Origin: SAR86 cluster bacterium
GTDB lineage: Bacteria > Pseudomonadota > Gammaproteobacteria > Magnimaribacterales > TMED112
NCBI GenBank assembly: GCA_023703555.1
Contig: CP097968.1
Coordinates: 205,451-269,450, forward strand
Length of the DNA stretch: 64,000 bases
Direction: 5' to 3'
The notes below the pieces were generated by a model that was not told the origin of the DNA, ran no database searches, and saw nothing but the letters and a program-made list of their open reading frames with translations. Below are positions 10,894 through 21,870 of this stretch, in pieces. A program made the position numbers and the translations under genes. The stretch's first letter is position 1. Each line of letters starts with the position of its first letter.

Positions 10894-12204
10894 ATGAAGT
10901 TTGGTACCGACGGGTTTAGGGGGCCTGTTGAAACCGATATTACTCCAGAATTTTGTTTAAAGCTTGCACATCACACAGGAAAAATAATTCTGGAAGAGGG
11001 ATATGATTCCGTTATTATCGGAAAGGATACAAGGGTTTCAGGCTATATGTTGGAATCTGCCTTACAAGCTGGGTTCATATCCTCAGGTGTTAATGTAAAA
11101 CTAGCAGGCCCTATACCTACACCTGCTGTTTCATTTTTAACCGCAACATATCAAGGGCAATTTGGTGTAGTTTTAAGTGCAAGCCATAATCCTTATTTCG
11201 ATAATGGAATTAAATTTTTTAATAAATTTGGTAGGAAAATATCTGAGGATCTTGAGAAGAGAATTGAATCAAAATTTAATGACAAAATTGACCCAGAAAG
11301 CCCGGAAAAACTTGGAAAAGCTTTTAGAATCGATAGTGCATCTGGAAGATATATTGAATACTGCAAAAGTACACTAAGAGGGAAATCAGATTTAAAAGGG
11401 AAAACAATACTAGTAGATGCAGCTAATGGTGCTAATTATAAAATTACACCAATGCTTTTGGAGGAACTTGGGGCAAAGGTGATACGTGTTAATTGTGTGC
11501 CTGATGGTAAAAACATAAATGAAAAGTGTGCTGTTCTAGACCAAAATCTATTTCAGGATTATGCATCAAAATATGATTTTGATTACTGTGCTGCAATTGA
11601 TGGAGACGGAGATAGACTCGTACTATCAGATCACAAGGGCAATATTTTTTCTGGGGATGAAATTCTATTTTTACTTGCTCTCAAAAATATAAGAGAAGGA
11701 GCAAAAGGCAGCAATAAGGTTGTAGGAACAGAAATGACTAATTCAGGAATAGTAGAGGCACTTAAGAAGTTTGGTGTAGAGCTATTAAGAGCAGATGTTG
11801 GAGACAAGCATATATCCAGAATGCTGGTAGAAGAGGATTTAGTATTGGGAGCGGAATCGTCTGGACACATAATACAAAGACAATATTCAGAAAGTGGTGA
11901 TGCAAATATTGCTCTAATTCAAACCATAGTCGAACTTAACGAATCAAAAAATACACTACAAAAAATAAGATCTCAAATAAATTATAGACCTTCAGTGTTA
12001 AAGAGCTTTCCTGTAAAAAATTTTTTGGTTCTAGAAAATCAAGATTTTCAGAATTGTCTCAATGGAATTAAAGCAGATAATAATGACATCAGATTATCTG
12101 TTAGAAGATCTGGAACCGAGAGAAAGATCCGCATAAGGATTGAAGGAGATGATGATAAAAATATTAATAAAATTATGAATAGATTGGAGCATTTTCTAGT
12201 ATGA
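10894..12204 (+). CDS. glmM: Phosphoglucosamine mutase
   Basis: Starts MKFGTDGFRG. Active-site serine loop SASHNPYFDNGIKFF and metal loop DGDGDR are present. Confidence 0.95.
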   Translation: MKFGTDGFRGPVETDITPEFCLKLAHHTGKIILEEGYDSVIIGKDTRVSGYMLESALQAGFISSGVNVKLAGPIPTPAVSFLTATYQGQFGVVLSASHNPYFDNGIKFFNKFGRKISEDLEKRIESKFNDKIDPESPEKLGKAFRIDSASGRYIEYCKSTLRGKSDLKGKTILVDAANGANYKITPMLLEELGAKVIRVNCVPDGKNINEKCAVLDQNLFQDYASKYDFDYCAAIDGDGDRLVLSDHKGNIFSGDEILFLLALKNIREGAKGSNKVVGTEMTNSGIVEALKKFGVELLRADVGDKHISRMLVEEDLVLGAESSGHIIQRQYSESGDANIALIQTIVELNESKNTLQKIRSQINYRPSVLKSFPVKNFLVLENQDFQNCLNGIKADNNDIRLSVRRSGTERKIRIRIEGDDDKNINKIMNRLEHFLV

Positions 12205-12893
12205 GCAAAATAATTGCTGCTAATTTTAAAATGCATGGAGATGTAGATTTTTACTCCTCATGGTTAAAAAAATTTGAGTTACCAAAACAAAACACAGTGT
12301 TATTTGCTCCACCATATTTATACTTTGATTGCTTTCTAAAAGACGAAAGGAATTTACTCGTGATGTCTCAAGATGTATCAGATGAGGAAATTGGACCCTT
12401 TACCTCACAAATTTCTGCAAAAATGCTTAATGAGATAGGAGTAGAGTTTTCTCTTATAGGCCACTCAGAAACAAGGGATAAAATGGGGTTTACCAACAAA
12501 AATGTTTTTCAAAAATTTTTGTCGTTAAGAGCCAATCGTATTACCCCAATAATTTGCGTGGGTGAATCAAAAGATTATAGAGATGGGGGTAAGCATTTTG
12601 GGTTCTTAGAAGAGCAATTAAGCTTTTATAAAGCAGAATCTAAAACAGGTCTAATATTTGCTTACGAACCAGTTTGGTCTATTGGAACTGGTATTCTACC
12701 AAAATCAAGTGAGATTTTTGAAGTTGTTGAATTTATTAAATCTTACTTTGACTTCAAAATAAAAGTTTTATACGGCGGAAGCGTAAATGCAAGCAATGCA
12801 AAAGACTTGCTTAGAATAAAAAATCTTGATGGTCTTTTAGTGGGTGGGGCTTCTCTAAAGGCAGAAGAATTTGCTATGATAGCTGGCTCATGA
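12201..12893 (+). CDS. tpiA: Triosephosphate isomerase
   Basis: ANFKMHG, IGHSETR and AYEPVWSIGTG motifs. ATGA overlap with glmM. Confidence 0.92.
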   Translation: MSKIIAANFKMHGDVDFYSSWLKKFELPKQNTVLFAPPYLYFDCFLKDERNLLVMSQDVSDEEIGPFTSQISAKMLNEIGVEFSLIGHSETRDKMGFTNKNVFQKFLSLRANRITPIICVGESKDYRDGGKHFGFLEEQLSFYKAESKTGLIFAYEPVWSIGTGILPKSSEIFEVVEFIKSYFDFKIKVLYGGSVNASNAKDLLRIKNLDGLLVGGASLKAEEFAMIAGS

Positions 12894-13174
12894 TTATTCA
12901 AATTCTAATATTTATTCTTGCGGTTATTATTGTAGGTTTAGTTATGCTTCAGCAAGGCAAAGGCTCTGACTTAGGCTCTGCTTTTGGCGGTGGAAGTTCT
13001 GACTCTTTATTTGGTCCTTTGGGCCCTGGCAATTTTCTTTCAAAATTAACTTGGGGATTGGTTGCAGTTTTTTTCATAGCATGCTTATTATTTGCATATC
13101 TTTCGAAGCAAGAATTGAGTTTGAACATAGATGAGAGTCTGATCGAGCAATCAGAGGAACCTCCAGTTGAATAA
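12890..13174 (+). CDS. secG: Preprotein translocase subunit SecG
   Basis: 94 aa with two TM segments flanking the Gly-rich GKGSDLGSAFGGGSS. Conserved position after tpiA. Confidence 0.9.
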   Translation: MIIQILIFILAVIIVGLVMLQQGKGSDLGSAFGGGSSDSLFGPLGPGNFLSKLTWGLVAVFFIACLLFAYLSKQELSLNIDESLIEQSEEPPVE

Positions 13175-13178
13175 ATTG

Positions 13179-13265
13179 TGGTGCCGAAGGAGGGACTTGA
13201 ACCCTCACAAGCAATTGCTCACTACCCCCTCAAGATAGCGCGTCTACCAATTCCGCCACTTCGGC
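13179..13265 (-). tRNA. tRNA-Leu (anticodon GAG), class II with long variable arm
   Basis: The reverse complement reads GCCGAAG-TG-GCGGAATTGGTAGACGCG-CTATC-TTGAGGG-GGTAG-(variable arm)-GAGGGTTCAAGTCCCTC-CTTCGGC-ACCA. It is 87 nt with an encoded CCA. Confidence 0.93.
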
Positions 13266-13273
13266 ATAGGTAA

Positions 13274-13302
13274 ATTATATTCTATATATATTGACCAATC
13301 TA
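13274..13302 (-). promoter_or_regulatory. Candidate promoter for tRNA-Leu (perfect -10 TATAAT, weak -35 TAGATT)
   Basis: On the minus strand, TATAAT (13279-13274) lies 8 nt upstream of the mature tRNA 5' end. TAGATT lies 17 nt further upstream. Confidence 0.45.
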
Positions 13303-13319
13303 AGTCTTTTTTATATCCT
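13291..13319 (+). promoter_or_regulatory. Candidate sigma70-type promoter of the metY-rimP-nusA-infB string
   Basis: TTGACC (13291-13296), a 17-nt spacer, then TATCCT (13314-13319). The tRNA begins 10 nt downstream of the -10. Confidence 0.55.
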
Positions 13320-13329
13320 TTCACGACAC

Positions 13330-13406
<77 letters not shown>

Positions 13407-13412
13407 AACAGA

Positions 13413-13886
13413 ATGATTAGAGAAGAGATCTCAAAGCTTTTAGCACCCTTAATTCAAAATTGTGGGTGTGAGCTTTGGGGCATAAGTTTCTCAAATAATA
13501 GTGGCAAAGGGAGAATCTTAAGGATTTATATTGATGCCATTCAAGGAGTAAATATAAAAGATTGTGAAAATGTCAGTAAAGAAATAGACTTTTTGTTTCA
13601 AGAGGATGAAGTTTTCATTGACTTTAATAGTTTTGAGGTCTCCTCACCTGGAATAGATAGAACCCTTTTTGACATAAAACAATATAAAAACTTTATTGGA
13701 GATGTAGTATCATTAACACTTTTCTCCAAAGTGAATGGTCAAAGAAAAATTAAAGGCACTTTGATAGACGTTCTTGATAAAAGACTTTGTGTGGAAATTA
13801 AAAAAGAAGAATTATTGATAGATTTTAAAAATATTGAAAAAGGAAAGCTTGATTTAGAGGATCAATTAAATAAAAAAAATGGATAG
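13413..13886 (+). CDS. rimP: Ribosome maturation factor RimP
   Basis: RILRIYID..GVNIKDCENVS..FEVSSPGIDRTLF matches the RimP pattern. ATG 13413 is chosen because the listed 13380 start lies inside the tRNA. Confidence 0.9.
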   Translation: MIREEISKLLAPLIQNCGCELWGISFSNNSGKGRILRIYIDAIQGVNIKDCENVSKEIDFLFQEDEVFIDFNSFEVSSPGIDRTLFDIKQYKNFIGDVVSLTLFSKVNGQRKIKGTLIDVLDKRLCVEIKKEELLIDFKNIEKGKLDLEDQLNKKNG

Positions 13887-15342
13887 TAAAATTCTAGATG
13901 TAGTATCGTCAGTCTCAGTTGAAAAGGATGTTGATAAAAATATTATCTTTGAAGCACTTGAGGAAGCACTCAGCAGCGCCACTAAGAAATTAGTTGGTGA
14001 AGATAGTCTAATAGCTGTAAAGATAAATCAATCAACTGGCGAATATGAGACTTTTAGACTTTGGGAAATAACAGACGATGAAGATTTAGATTCCTCTTTT
14101 CAAATTGGTAAGGGAGATCTCGATGGCTATGTTGTAGAGGAAGGATTCGCAAAAAAAATAATAGAGAATATAGACTTTGGCCGTATTTCAGCGCAGGCAG
14201 CAAAGCAAGTCATTATCCAAAAAGTCAGGGAGGCAGAACGTAGCAAGATTACAAGCAAGTATGAAGGTCTTGTTGGGAAAGTAATCTCAGGATTGGTAAA
14301 AAGAATAAATCGAGACTTCTTGTTATTGGAATTGGAAGAAGATTTAAATGCGCAGATTCCAAGAGATCAAATAATTCCAGGAGAAATTTTCAAATTAAAT
14401 GATAGAGTTAGAGCAATTATAAAAGAAATTGTCGAGTCCCCTAGAGGACCACAAATTATATTAAGTAGAACTGATGATAGATTAGTTAAGGAACTATTTA
14501 CACAAGAAGTTCCTGAGATTTCTGAGGGAGTGATAGAAATAAAGTCAATTACTAGAGATCCAGGATATAGATCAAAAATTGCTGTAAAAACCTACGATGG
14601 AAGAATTGATCCGGTAGGTGCATGTGTTGGAATGAGAGGATCAAGAGTTCAGGCTGTTTCAAACGAAATAGGGAACGAAAGGATTGATATTTTTATTCAT
14701 AGCGATAACCCTGCTGAGTTTGTAGTAAATTGTCTTTCACCAGTTAATATCTTTTCAATACTTGTTGATGAAGCAACAAATACTCTGATTCTTGAAGTTG
14801 AAGAGGAGAACCAGGCACAAGTAATTGGGAGAAATGGTCAAAACCTTAGATTAATGACACAAATGATTGGATGGTCTTTTAAAGTTTTAAACAGAGAACA
14901 ATTTATTGAATACCAAAAGACAAATCAAGAGGAAAAAGTCAATGAACTTTCAGAAAAATTAAAGTTGAAAGCCGAAGAAAAAGTAGAAATGTTAAAAAAT
15001 AATATTGATTCGGTAGAAAAAATTGTTGATATGGATCAGGCTACATTTGAAACAATTTTTCAGGATAAAAAAAGGTCAGTAATGATTAAAGATGCGGCAA
15101 ATGAGGCATTGTTGCAAGAAGCATTTACAGAAAGTTTTAATGACCCTACGATGGAAAAGAGTCTTGTGGAACTTGAGGGGATCTCAAATAAAACATTAAG
15201 TATTTTAAGTGAAAAGAATATTAAGAGACTTGAAGAGCTTGCTGAGATGTCAGTTTCTGAGCTTTTGGAGATTGATTCATCAATGACTGAGAACGATGCT
15301 TCAAAACTCATTATGGAGGCTAGAAAGCCATGGTTTAATTAA
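13879..15342 (+). CDS. nusA: Transcription termination/antitermination factor NusA
   Basis: S1 domain, KH domains (GACVGMRGSRVQAVSNEIGNERIDI, VIGRNGQNLRL) and C-terminal acidic repeats. Overlaps rimP by 8 nt. Confidence 0.96.
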   Translation: MDSKILDVVSSVSVEKDVDKNIIFEALEEALSSATKKLVGEDSLIAVKINQSTGEYETFRLWEITDDEDLDSSFQIGKGDLDGYVVEEGFAKKIIENIDFGRISAQAAKQVIIQKVREAERSKITSKYEGLVGKVISGLVKRINRDFLLLELEEDLNAQIPRDQIIPGEIFKLNDRVRAIIKEIVESPRGPQIILSRTDDRLVKELFTQEVPEISEGVIEIKSITRDPGYRSKIAVKTYDGRIDPVGACVGMRGSRVQAVSNEIGNERIDIFIHSDNPAEFVVNCLSPVNIFSILVDEATNTLILEVEEENQAQVIGRNGQNLRLMTQMIGWSFKVLNREQFIEYQKTNQEEKVNELSEKLKLKAEEKVEMLKNNIDSVEKIVDMDQATFETIFQDKKRSVMIKDAANEALLQEAFTESFNDPTMEKSLVELEGISNKTLSILSEKNIKRLEELAEMSVSELLEIDSSMTENDASKLIMEARKPWFN

Positions 15343-15351
15343 GGAGTAGGA

Positions 15352-17394
15352 GTGGATTTATCTGTAAAACAATTATCTGAAGTTCTAAAAATAGATCCTA
15401 AGGTACTTCTTGATAAAATGATCGAGGCGGGCTTGCATCAAAAGAATGTCAATGATTCTGTAACCACAGAAGATAAACAAAAACTATTAGAATTCATCAG
15501 AAATGCTAAAACCTCAAATGCCGTTGACACAGAAATAAAACCTAAAACTAAAGTAAGTAAAGAGCCAAAAAGAAAGCCTGAACCTAAAGAAAAAATATCA
15601 GTAAGCAGCCTTAAACAGCCATCCCCTAGTAAAAAGTCAGTAAATATTAATGGATCTATTAAGGTAAATGACCTTTCAAGAAAGCTTTCAAAGCGAGGGA
15701 ATGAGATTATTAAAAAACTTTTGGAATTGGGAGTTAATGCAACACTTAATGATGAAATTGATCAAGAGACTGCAGTTTTAGTTGCTGAGGAATTTGGATT
15801 TAATGTATCTTTTGAGGAGGAACAAAGCACAGTTGAGGATGTTAAAGAATATCCTAATATTGAGCTTACTTATCTTGATCAAAGTAAACCAAAGAAAAGG
15901 CATGCCGTTGTAACAGTTATGGGGCATGTTGATCATGGTAAAACATCTTTACTTGATGCGATCAAATCCACAAATGTAGTAGATGGCGAATCTGGCGGTA
16001 TTACCCAACACATCGCTGCGTACGAAGTACAAGCTAAATCTGGGAAATTAACATTTATTGATACTCCTGGACATGAAGCTTTCACTGCCATGAGAGCGAG
16101 AGGGGCAAAAACTACAGATCTTGTAATATTAGTCGTTGCGGCCAACGATAGCGTTAAGCCACAAACAATCGAGGCTATAAATCATGCTAAAGCAGCGAAT
16201 GTTCCAATTATTGTGGCACTTAATAAGATTGATCTAGAGGGTGTTGATCTTGAAAAAGTTAAAGGAGATTTAGCAAAAGAGGAAATTATTTCTGAGGACT
16301 GGGGAGGGGATGTTCAAATGGTTCCTGTATCAGCCACTACGAAAAGAGGTATCAGTGATTTGCTTGAAGTTGTTGAGCTAGAAGCAGAGGTACTGGAGTT
16401 AACTTCTCCAATTGAAGGACATGGTGCTGGTGTGGTTCTTGAATCACAGTTAGATAAATCTAAAGGTGCTCTAGCTACATTATTAGTTCAAAAAGGAAGG
16501 CTGAATGTTGGTGATATTGTTATTTCTGGTACCACAAAAGGGAAGATTAAAACTTTAACAAATAGCTTGGGAGGTTTAGTTAAAATGGCAGGCCCATCAA
16601 CCCCTGTTGAAGCATTAGGTCTTGAAGAGTGTGTCACAGCAGGCGAACAATTTTTTGTGGCAGAAAGTGAAAAACAAGCTAGAGCACTTATAGATCAAAG
16701 AATTGCATTTGAAAAAGAAATTTCCAACAAGGAAGTAATGACTTCAGATAATGCTTTTGATCTATTGAATCAAGAGAAAATTAATAAACTTAGATTAATT
16801 ATTAAATCTGACGTAACTGGAACCAATGAGGCAATAATTAACTCCTTACTTAAACTTGGAAATGAAGAGGTTCAAATTGATATTGTCAATTCTGGTGTTG
16901 GAGGCATATCTGAATCAGATGTCAATCTTGCTTTAACAACTGAATCACAAATTTTAGGTTTTAATGTAAGATCAGATAACAAAGCCAGGGACCTAGCAGA
17001 ATCAAAAGGCGTTCAGATTGACTACTACAGTGTTATCTACGATCTAATAGAGGATAGTAAAAGAAGACTATCTGGATTGCTCGAACCAATTTTCTCTGAA
17101 AAAATTCTTGGATTAGCTGAAGTAAAAGAAGTTTTCAAATCCCCAAAATTTGGTTTAGTTGCTGGATGTATTGTAAATGATGGCTATGTCAAAAGAGAAA
17201 AACCTGTAAGAGTTCTTAGAGATAACGTAGTGATTCATCAAGGTGAATTGGATTCGTTAAGAAGGTTTAAAGATGATGTTCAAGAAGTTCAAAGTGGCAC
17301 AGAATGTGGTATTGGAATTAAGAACTATTTAGATATTAAACCAGGCGATGTAATAGAAAATTTTGAGCAAAAAGAGGAGAAGAGATCACTTTAA
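15352..17394 (+). CDS. infB: Translation initiation factor IF-2 (short N-terminal region)
   Basis: GTG start preceded by AAGGAG. G-domain motifs [20 protein letters not shown] and NKID are present. Confidence 0.96.
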   Translation: MDLSVKQLSEVLKIDPKVLLDKMIEAGLHQKNVNDSVTTEDKQKLLEFIRNAKTSNAVDTEIKPKTKVSKEPKRKPEPKEKISVSSLKQPSPSKKSVNINGSIKVNDLSRKLSKRGNEIIKKLLELGVNATLNDEIDQETAVLVAEEFGFNVSFEEEQSTVEDVKEYPNIELTYLDQSKPKKRHAVVTVMGHVDHGKTSLLDAIKSTNVVDGESGGITQHIAAYEVQAKSGKLTFIDTPGHEAFTAMRARGAKTTDLVILVVAANDSVKPQTIEAINHAKAANVPIIVALNKIDLEGVDLEKVKGDLAKEEIISEDWGGDVQMVPVSATTKRGISDLLEVVELEAEVLELTSPIEGHGAGVVLESQLDKSKGALATLLVQKGRLNVGDIVISGTTKGKIKTLTNSLGGLVKMAGPSTPVEALGLEECVTAGEQFFVAESEKQARALIDQRIAFEKEISNKEVMTSDNAFDLLNQEKINKLRLIIKSDVTGTNEAIINSLLKLGNEEVQIDIVNSGVGGISESDVNLALTTESQILGFNVRSDNKARDLAESKGVQIDYYSVIYDLIEDSKRRLSGLLEPIFSEKILGLAEVKEVFKSPKFGLVAGCIVNDGYVKREKPVRVLRDNVVIHQGELDSLRRFKDDVQEVQSGTECGIGIKNYLDIKPGDVIENFEQKEEKRSL

Positions 17395-17729
17395 TGCAGA
17401 AAGATAGAATAGTGCGCATAAATGATAATTTAAAAAAAGAGATTTCAATTTTTATTCAAAATTCAAATCTACGTGAGCGTTGTGGCCTGCTAACAATAAA
17501 TCATGTTGATTCCTCCAGAGACTTATCAAAAGCAAAAGTATTTTTTTCTTCAATAAATGCACCCTTAAATAATAGAGACTTACAAGATTATCTTAATGAG
17601 AATTCATGGTTAATAAGAAAAGAGTTATCCCATTCATTGCCTTTCAAAAAAGTACCGGAATTGTGCTTTCTTTACGATAAGCATCTTGAGGGTGTGAGGG
17701 AACTTAATTCTTTGATGAATGATATCTAA
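17394..17729 (+). CDS. rbfA: Ribosome-binding factor A
   Basis: 111 aa in the conserved slot between infB and truB. TAATG overlap with the infB stop. Confidence 0.85.
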   Translation: MQKDRIVRINDNLKKEISIFIQNSNLRERCGLLTINHVDSSRDLSKAKVFFSSINAPLNNRDLQDYLNENSWLIRKELSHSLPFKKVPELCFLYDKHLEGVRELNSLMNDI

Positions 17730-17731
17730 TT

Positions 17732-18610
17732 ATGTCGTTCGTGCTCTTGGATAAACCAAAAAACCTTACATCATTTGATGCGTGTACAATTGCTAAAAGA
17801 GATTTGGGTTTTAAGAAAGCTGGACACTCTGGGACCCTTGATCCACTTGCTACTGGCCTCCTGCCTGTTTTTTTTGATAAATCTACAAAGTTTATTCAAT
17901 TTCTTATGAACAAAGATAAAACTTATGAGGCAGAATTTTTGTTTGGATGCTCTTCTGACACCTTAGATATTACCGGAAATTTAACAAAATATACTGATGA
18001 AAAAGTACCTGATAAACATGAAATTCAAAATGCTTTAGAGGAAATAAAAAATCTAAAGGAACTATTAGTACCAAGTTTTTCAGCTAAGAAAGTGGCTGGC
18101 ACACCAATGTATAGGCTTGCAAGGAGAGGTGTCAACTTTAGACGGGTTAAACAATCCATTGAAATCTTCGAAATAAAACTCCTTAATTTTTCTTACCCAA
18201 AATTTAAAGTCCGATTGAGATCAAGCAAAGGCACTTATGTAAGATCCGTTGGTGAAGAACTCTCGAATAGACTTAAGGTTAGCTTGGTGTTAAATAATTT
18301 ACGAAGAAAAAAAATTGGTGGATTTAATTTAGATAGATCTATTGGTTTGGATGAGCTTAAAAACTTGGACAAGAAACAAAAAATGCAGTATGTTAAGCCA
18401 GTTGAAGAAATATTAAGTGATTTTCCAAAGGTAAATATAGGTTCTACTGAGGTAAAAAAGTTTCAAAACGGTATGACAATTAATATTAAATTGTCAACAA
18501 ATTTAGGATTACATAGAGTTTTTAAAAATAATACTTTCATAGGTTTGGGAGAAGTTTTAGATAAACAAATTTTAAAGCCAAAAAAATTATATTTTGAAGG
18601 AGAAATTTAA
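17732..18610 (+). CDS. truB: tRNA pseudouridine-55 synthase
   Basis: Catalytic Asp motif [16 protein letters not shown]. Confidence 0.93.
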   Translation: MSFVLLDKPKNLTSFDACTIAKRDLGFKKAGHSGTLDPLATGLLPVFFDKSTKFIQFLMNKDKTYEAEFLFGCSSDTLDITGNLTKYTDEKVPDKHEIQNALEEIKNLKELLVPSFSAKKVAGTPMYRLARRGVNFRRVKQSIEIFEIKLLNFSYPKFKVRLRSSKGTYVRSVGEELSNRLKVSLVLNNLRRKKIGGFNLDRSIGLDELKNLDKKQKMQYVKPVEEILSDFPKVNIGSTEVKKFQNGMTINIKLSTNLGLHRVFKNNTFIGLGEVLDKQILKPKKLYFEGEI

Positions 18611-18879
18611 TGAGCTTACAGAAAGAAACAAAAGCAAAGATTGTTAAAAAATATGGTGAATCTGAGAATGATACTGGCTCTACTGCGGTACAAGTAGCCT
18701 TACTTACCAAAAGAATTGAGGAATTACAGAATCATTTCAAGGAAAACAAAAAAGATAATCATTCACGAACAGGACTTCTGAAGATTGTTAGTGAAAGGAA
18801 GAAGCTTCTTAATTACTTGATGAAAAAAAACGAAAAACAATATCATAAGATTGTTAAAGAATTAAAACTAAGAGATTAA
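18610..18879 (+). CDS. rpsO: 30S ribosomal protein S15
   Basis: 89 aa with [14 protein letters not shown] and [20 protein letters not shown]. Confidence 0.96.
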   Translation: MSLQKETKAKIVKKYGESENDTGSTAVQVALLTKRIEELQNHFKENKKDNHSRTGLLKIVSERKKLLNYLMKKNEKQYHKIVKELKLRD

Positions 18880-18881
18880 AT

Positions 18882-20942
18882 ATGAAAAATTGCATTAAAA
18901 AGGATATTAATTTTGGTAATAAGGTTATTACCATCGAAACAGGAAAAATTGCCAAACAGGCAACAGCGTCAGTAGTAGCTACAATGGGCAAAACAATGGT
19001 GTTATGTTCTGTTGTAACAAAAGGTGATGGAGAAAAGAAAGATTTTTTTCCATTGAGTGTTCATTACATGGAGAAGACTTATTCTGCAGGAAAAATCCCT
19101 GGTGGATATTTTAAGCGTGAGGGTAAGCCAACAGAAATTGAGACATTGACTTCAAGGCTTATAGATAGGCCCTTAAGACCTTTGTTTCCAGATTTTTTCA
19201 CAAATGAGGTCCAAGTAAATTGTATGCTTCTATCTTTAGACAAAGATAATCCTCCTGATATAGTGGCTTTAGTTGCTGCCTCAGCAGCTATGTCAATTGC
19301 TGATGTGCCATTTAATGGTCCAATGGGGGCAGCAAGAATAGGCTTTATTGAAGATGAATATGTATTGAACCCTTCGTTCGCAAGTTTACAAAACTCAGAT
19401 CTTGATATGGTTGTAGCAGGATCAGAAAATGCAGTCTTAATGGTTGAATCAGATGCAAATGAACTAAGTGAGGACTTGATGATTGGAGCAATACTTTTTG
19501 GTCATCAAGAGATGCAAAATTTAATTTCAGGTATTAAGGAGTTTGCTACAGAAGCATTGCCTTCACCCTCAGAGCATACGAACCCCTCTGAAGCTGAAGA
19601 AGTAAAAGTTTATGCTGAGGTTGACGAGAAATATAGAAAGAATCTAGAAGATGCATTTACAACAACTGATAAAAAAGAAAGAGGTGAAAAAATTTCAACT
19701 ATTAAAGAAACCTTACTTGCAGATACTGACGAGGAGCTTCATTCAATCTACCTAAAACAATTTAAGGAAGTTGAGAAAAGTGTTGTAAGAGAGGATATCC
19801 TCTCAAACCAAAAAAGAATTGATGGAAGAGGTTTAACCGATGTTAGGGACATATCTATCGAAACAAATTTTCTACCCTCAGTGCATGGCTCTGCATTGTT
19901 TACTAGAGGAGAAACACAAGCAATTGTGACTACAACTCTAGGTTCCTCTAGAGATGTACAAACTGTAGATGCATTGAGTGGAGAGGTAAAAGATAATTTT
20001 ATGTTGCATTATAACTTTCCGAGTTATAGTGTCGGAGAACTTGGATTTCCAATGGGCCCTAAAAGAAGGGAAATTGGACACGGAGCTCTTGCAAAAAGAT
20101 CGCTAAAATTCTCTGTTCCAAGTTTAGAGGAGTTCCCGTATGCCATTCGAGTAGTAAGTGAAATTACAGAATCAAATGGTTCAAGTTCTATGGCTTCAGT
20201 CTGTGGTGGCAGCCTTTCATTAATGGCAGCTGGAGTTCCATTAAAAGATAATGTTGCTGGAGTAGCAATGGGGCTAGTTAAAGATGGAGATAGATATGAA
20301 GTCCTTACAGATATTTTGGGTGATGAAGATCATTTAGGTGACATGGATTTTAAAGTAGCAGGAACAAAAAATGGAGTATCTGGTCTTCAGATGGACATAA
20401 AAATAGAGGGCATAAATGAAGAAATATTAGAAAAAGCTTTGGCTCAAGCAAAAGATGCTCGAATGCACATTATCAAGGTCATGGATGATGCCTTAGCAAA
20501 ACCCAATGAGTTGACAAGTCTTGCGCCATATTTTTGTAAATTCAAAGTCCACAAAGATAAAGTTAAAGTTGTCATTGGAAAAGGGGGAGCAACAATTAAA
20601 GGCTTGCAAGAAGAATTTGGCGTAACTATTGAGCTTCAAGACTCAGGAGAGGTGAATGTCTTTGGTGAGAATAAAGAGATTGCTGAACGGGCTAAAGAAA
20701 AAATTGAACTTCTTTGTGCAGAGCCTGAGGAAGGAAAAATTTATGATGGTGTCGTTGCAAAAGTCGTTGATTTTGGAGCCTTTATAACATTTATGCCAGG
20801 TAAAGATGGGCTTCTACATATTTCTCAGTTTAAGCAGGATTTTGAACATTTAACCGATATTGTTAAAGAAGGTGATCAAATGAAAGTAAGGTTAGCTGAG
20901 ATTGGCAGACAAGGGAGACTGAAACTGGAGCAAGTAGATTAA
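18882..20942 (+). CDS. pnp: Polyribonucleotide nucleotidyltransferase (PNPase)
   Basis: Two RNase PH domains (GDEDHLGDMDFKVAGT) followed by KH and S1 domains. ATG lies 2 nt after the rpsO stop. Confidence 0.97.
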   Translation: MKNCIKKDINFGNKVITIETGKIAKQATASVVATMGKTMVLCSVVTKGDGEKKDFFPLSVHYMEKTYSAGKIPGGYFKREGKPTEIETLTSRLIDRPLRPLFPDFFTNEVQVNCMLLSLDKDNPPDIVALVAASAAMSIADVPFNGPMGAARIGFIEDEYVLNPSFASLQNSDLDMVVAGSENAVLMVESDANELSEDLMIGAILFGHQEMQNLISGIKEFATEALPSPSEHTNPSEAEEVKVYAEVDEKYRKNLEDAFTTTDKKERGEKISTIKETLLADTDEELHSIYLKQFKEVEKSVVREDILSNQKRIDGRGLTDVRDISIETNFLPSVHGSALFTRGETQAIVTTTLGSSRDVQTVDALSGEVKDNFMLHYNFPSYSVGELGFPMGPKRREIGHGALAKRSLKFSVPSLEEFPYAIRVVSEITESNGSSSMASVCGGSLSLMAAGVPLKDNVAGVAMGLVKDGDRYEVLTDILGDEDHLGDMDFKVAGTKNGVSGLQMDIKIEGINEEILEKALAQAKDARMHIIKVMDDALAKPNELTSLAPYFCKFKVHKDKVKVVIGKGGATIKGLQEEFGVTIELQDSGEVNVFGENKEIAERAKEKIELLCAEPEEGKIYDGVVAKVVDFGAFITFMPGKDGLLHISQFKQDFEHLTDIVKEGDQMKVRLAEIGRQGRLKLEQVD

Positions 20943-21835
20943 AATAATTCAGCAAGCATGCATCTTGCTGAACCTCCTCCATACCTCTCGATAACTGGCA
21001 AATCTCTGTGAATAACGCCTTTATAATTCTTTTTTATTTGCTGAATCTGAGAACCCGTGTAACTTTTATAGGCTCTCGTGGACATAACTAAAAATAAATC
21101 GCCACAATTATTTTCTACTTCTAGGCAATTTCCACAAAAATCAAGCAGCTGTGGCGAAGATAATTCAATAACTTCATGATGTTCTTTAACACTCTCTAAA
21201 ACTAGTTCGCGATATTTTTCTTTAATTACATCAAAACATATCCCCACAACATTTGTGCCAATATACATAAGAACATCAGTATGATAGATAGGTCCACCAT
21301 TATGGCTTTCTGTCTCAAATAAAATTAGTTCGAACTTATTATTTTTACACCATTCAGCTATGAGGTCTTTATCTGTTCTTGGGGACTCAGTTGCAAAGAC
21401 ACGGTTGTTTACACGATCAAAAACCATACTGCTTGTTGATTCAAGATACCTACTATTTGACTCTTCAAAACTTAAATCTGCTGCTAACTTATAAAAATTT
21501 GTTAAACCTGAAACCATTTGATTTGTTTTCTCGAGTCTTCTGTTTTTCGCCATCATGGGAAAGATTTGAATAGATTTGTCATCAAAAGTTGTAAACCAAT
21601 TAGGGAATACATGATCGGGACATTTTTCTTCACCCTTATATGTCAATACATTGACTCCATTTTCAATTAGTGCATCTCTTAAGCATCTAAATTCTTGTAT
21701 GGCTAGTGCTGTAATTTTTTCTTGATCCATATCAACATCATCTTGTTGGTAATGATTTGATTGTAATGTTTGTTTATTGGTATAGAATGCTTTTGGCTCG
21801 ATCATAAAAATGTGGTTACTGGACTGTTTTTTCAT
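20939..21835 (-). CDS. ctlX: Amidinotransferase-superfamily hydrolase, CtlX-like (arginine deiminase-related / citrulline-utilisation type)
   Basis: About 300 aa with a guanidino-modifying-enzyme fold. HTDVLM and the C-terminal catalytic-Cys motif GGGSARCMLAELF are present. Divergent from an ornithine aminotransferase gene. Confidence 0.6.
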   Translation of the reverse strand: MKKQSSNHIFMIEPKAFYTNKQTLQSNHYQQDDVDMDQEKITALAIQEFRCLRDALIENGVNVLTYKGEEKCPDHVFPNWFTTFDDKSIQIFPMMAKNRRLEKTNQMVSGLTNFYKLAADLSFEESNSRYLESTSSMVFDRVNNRVFATESPRTDKDLIAEWCKNNKFELILFETESHNGGPIYHTDVLMYIGTNVVGICFDVIKEKYRELVLESVKEHHEVIELSSPQLLDFCGNCLEVENNCGDLFLVMSTRAYKSYTGSQIQQIKKNYKGVIHRDLPVIERYGGGSARCMLAELF

Positions 21836-21870
21836 AGAAGAGATACTTTATTAATATTAGAATTACACCA

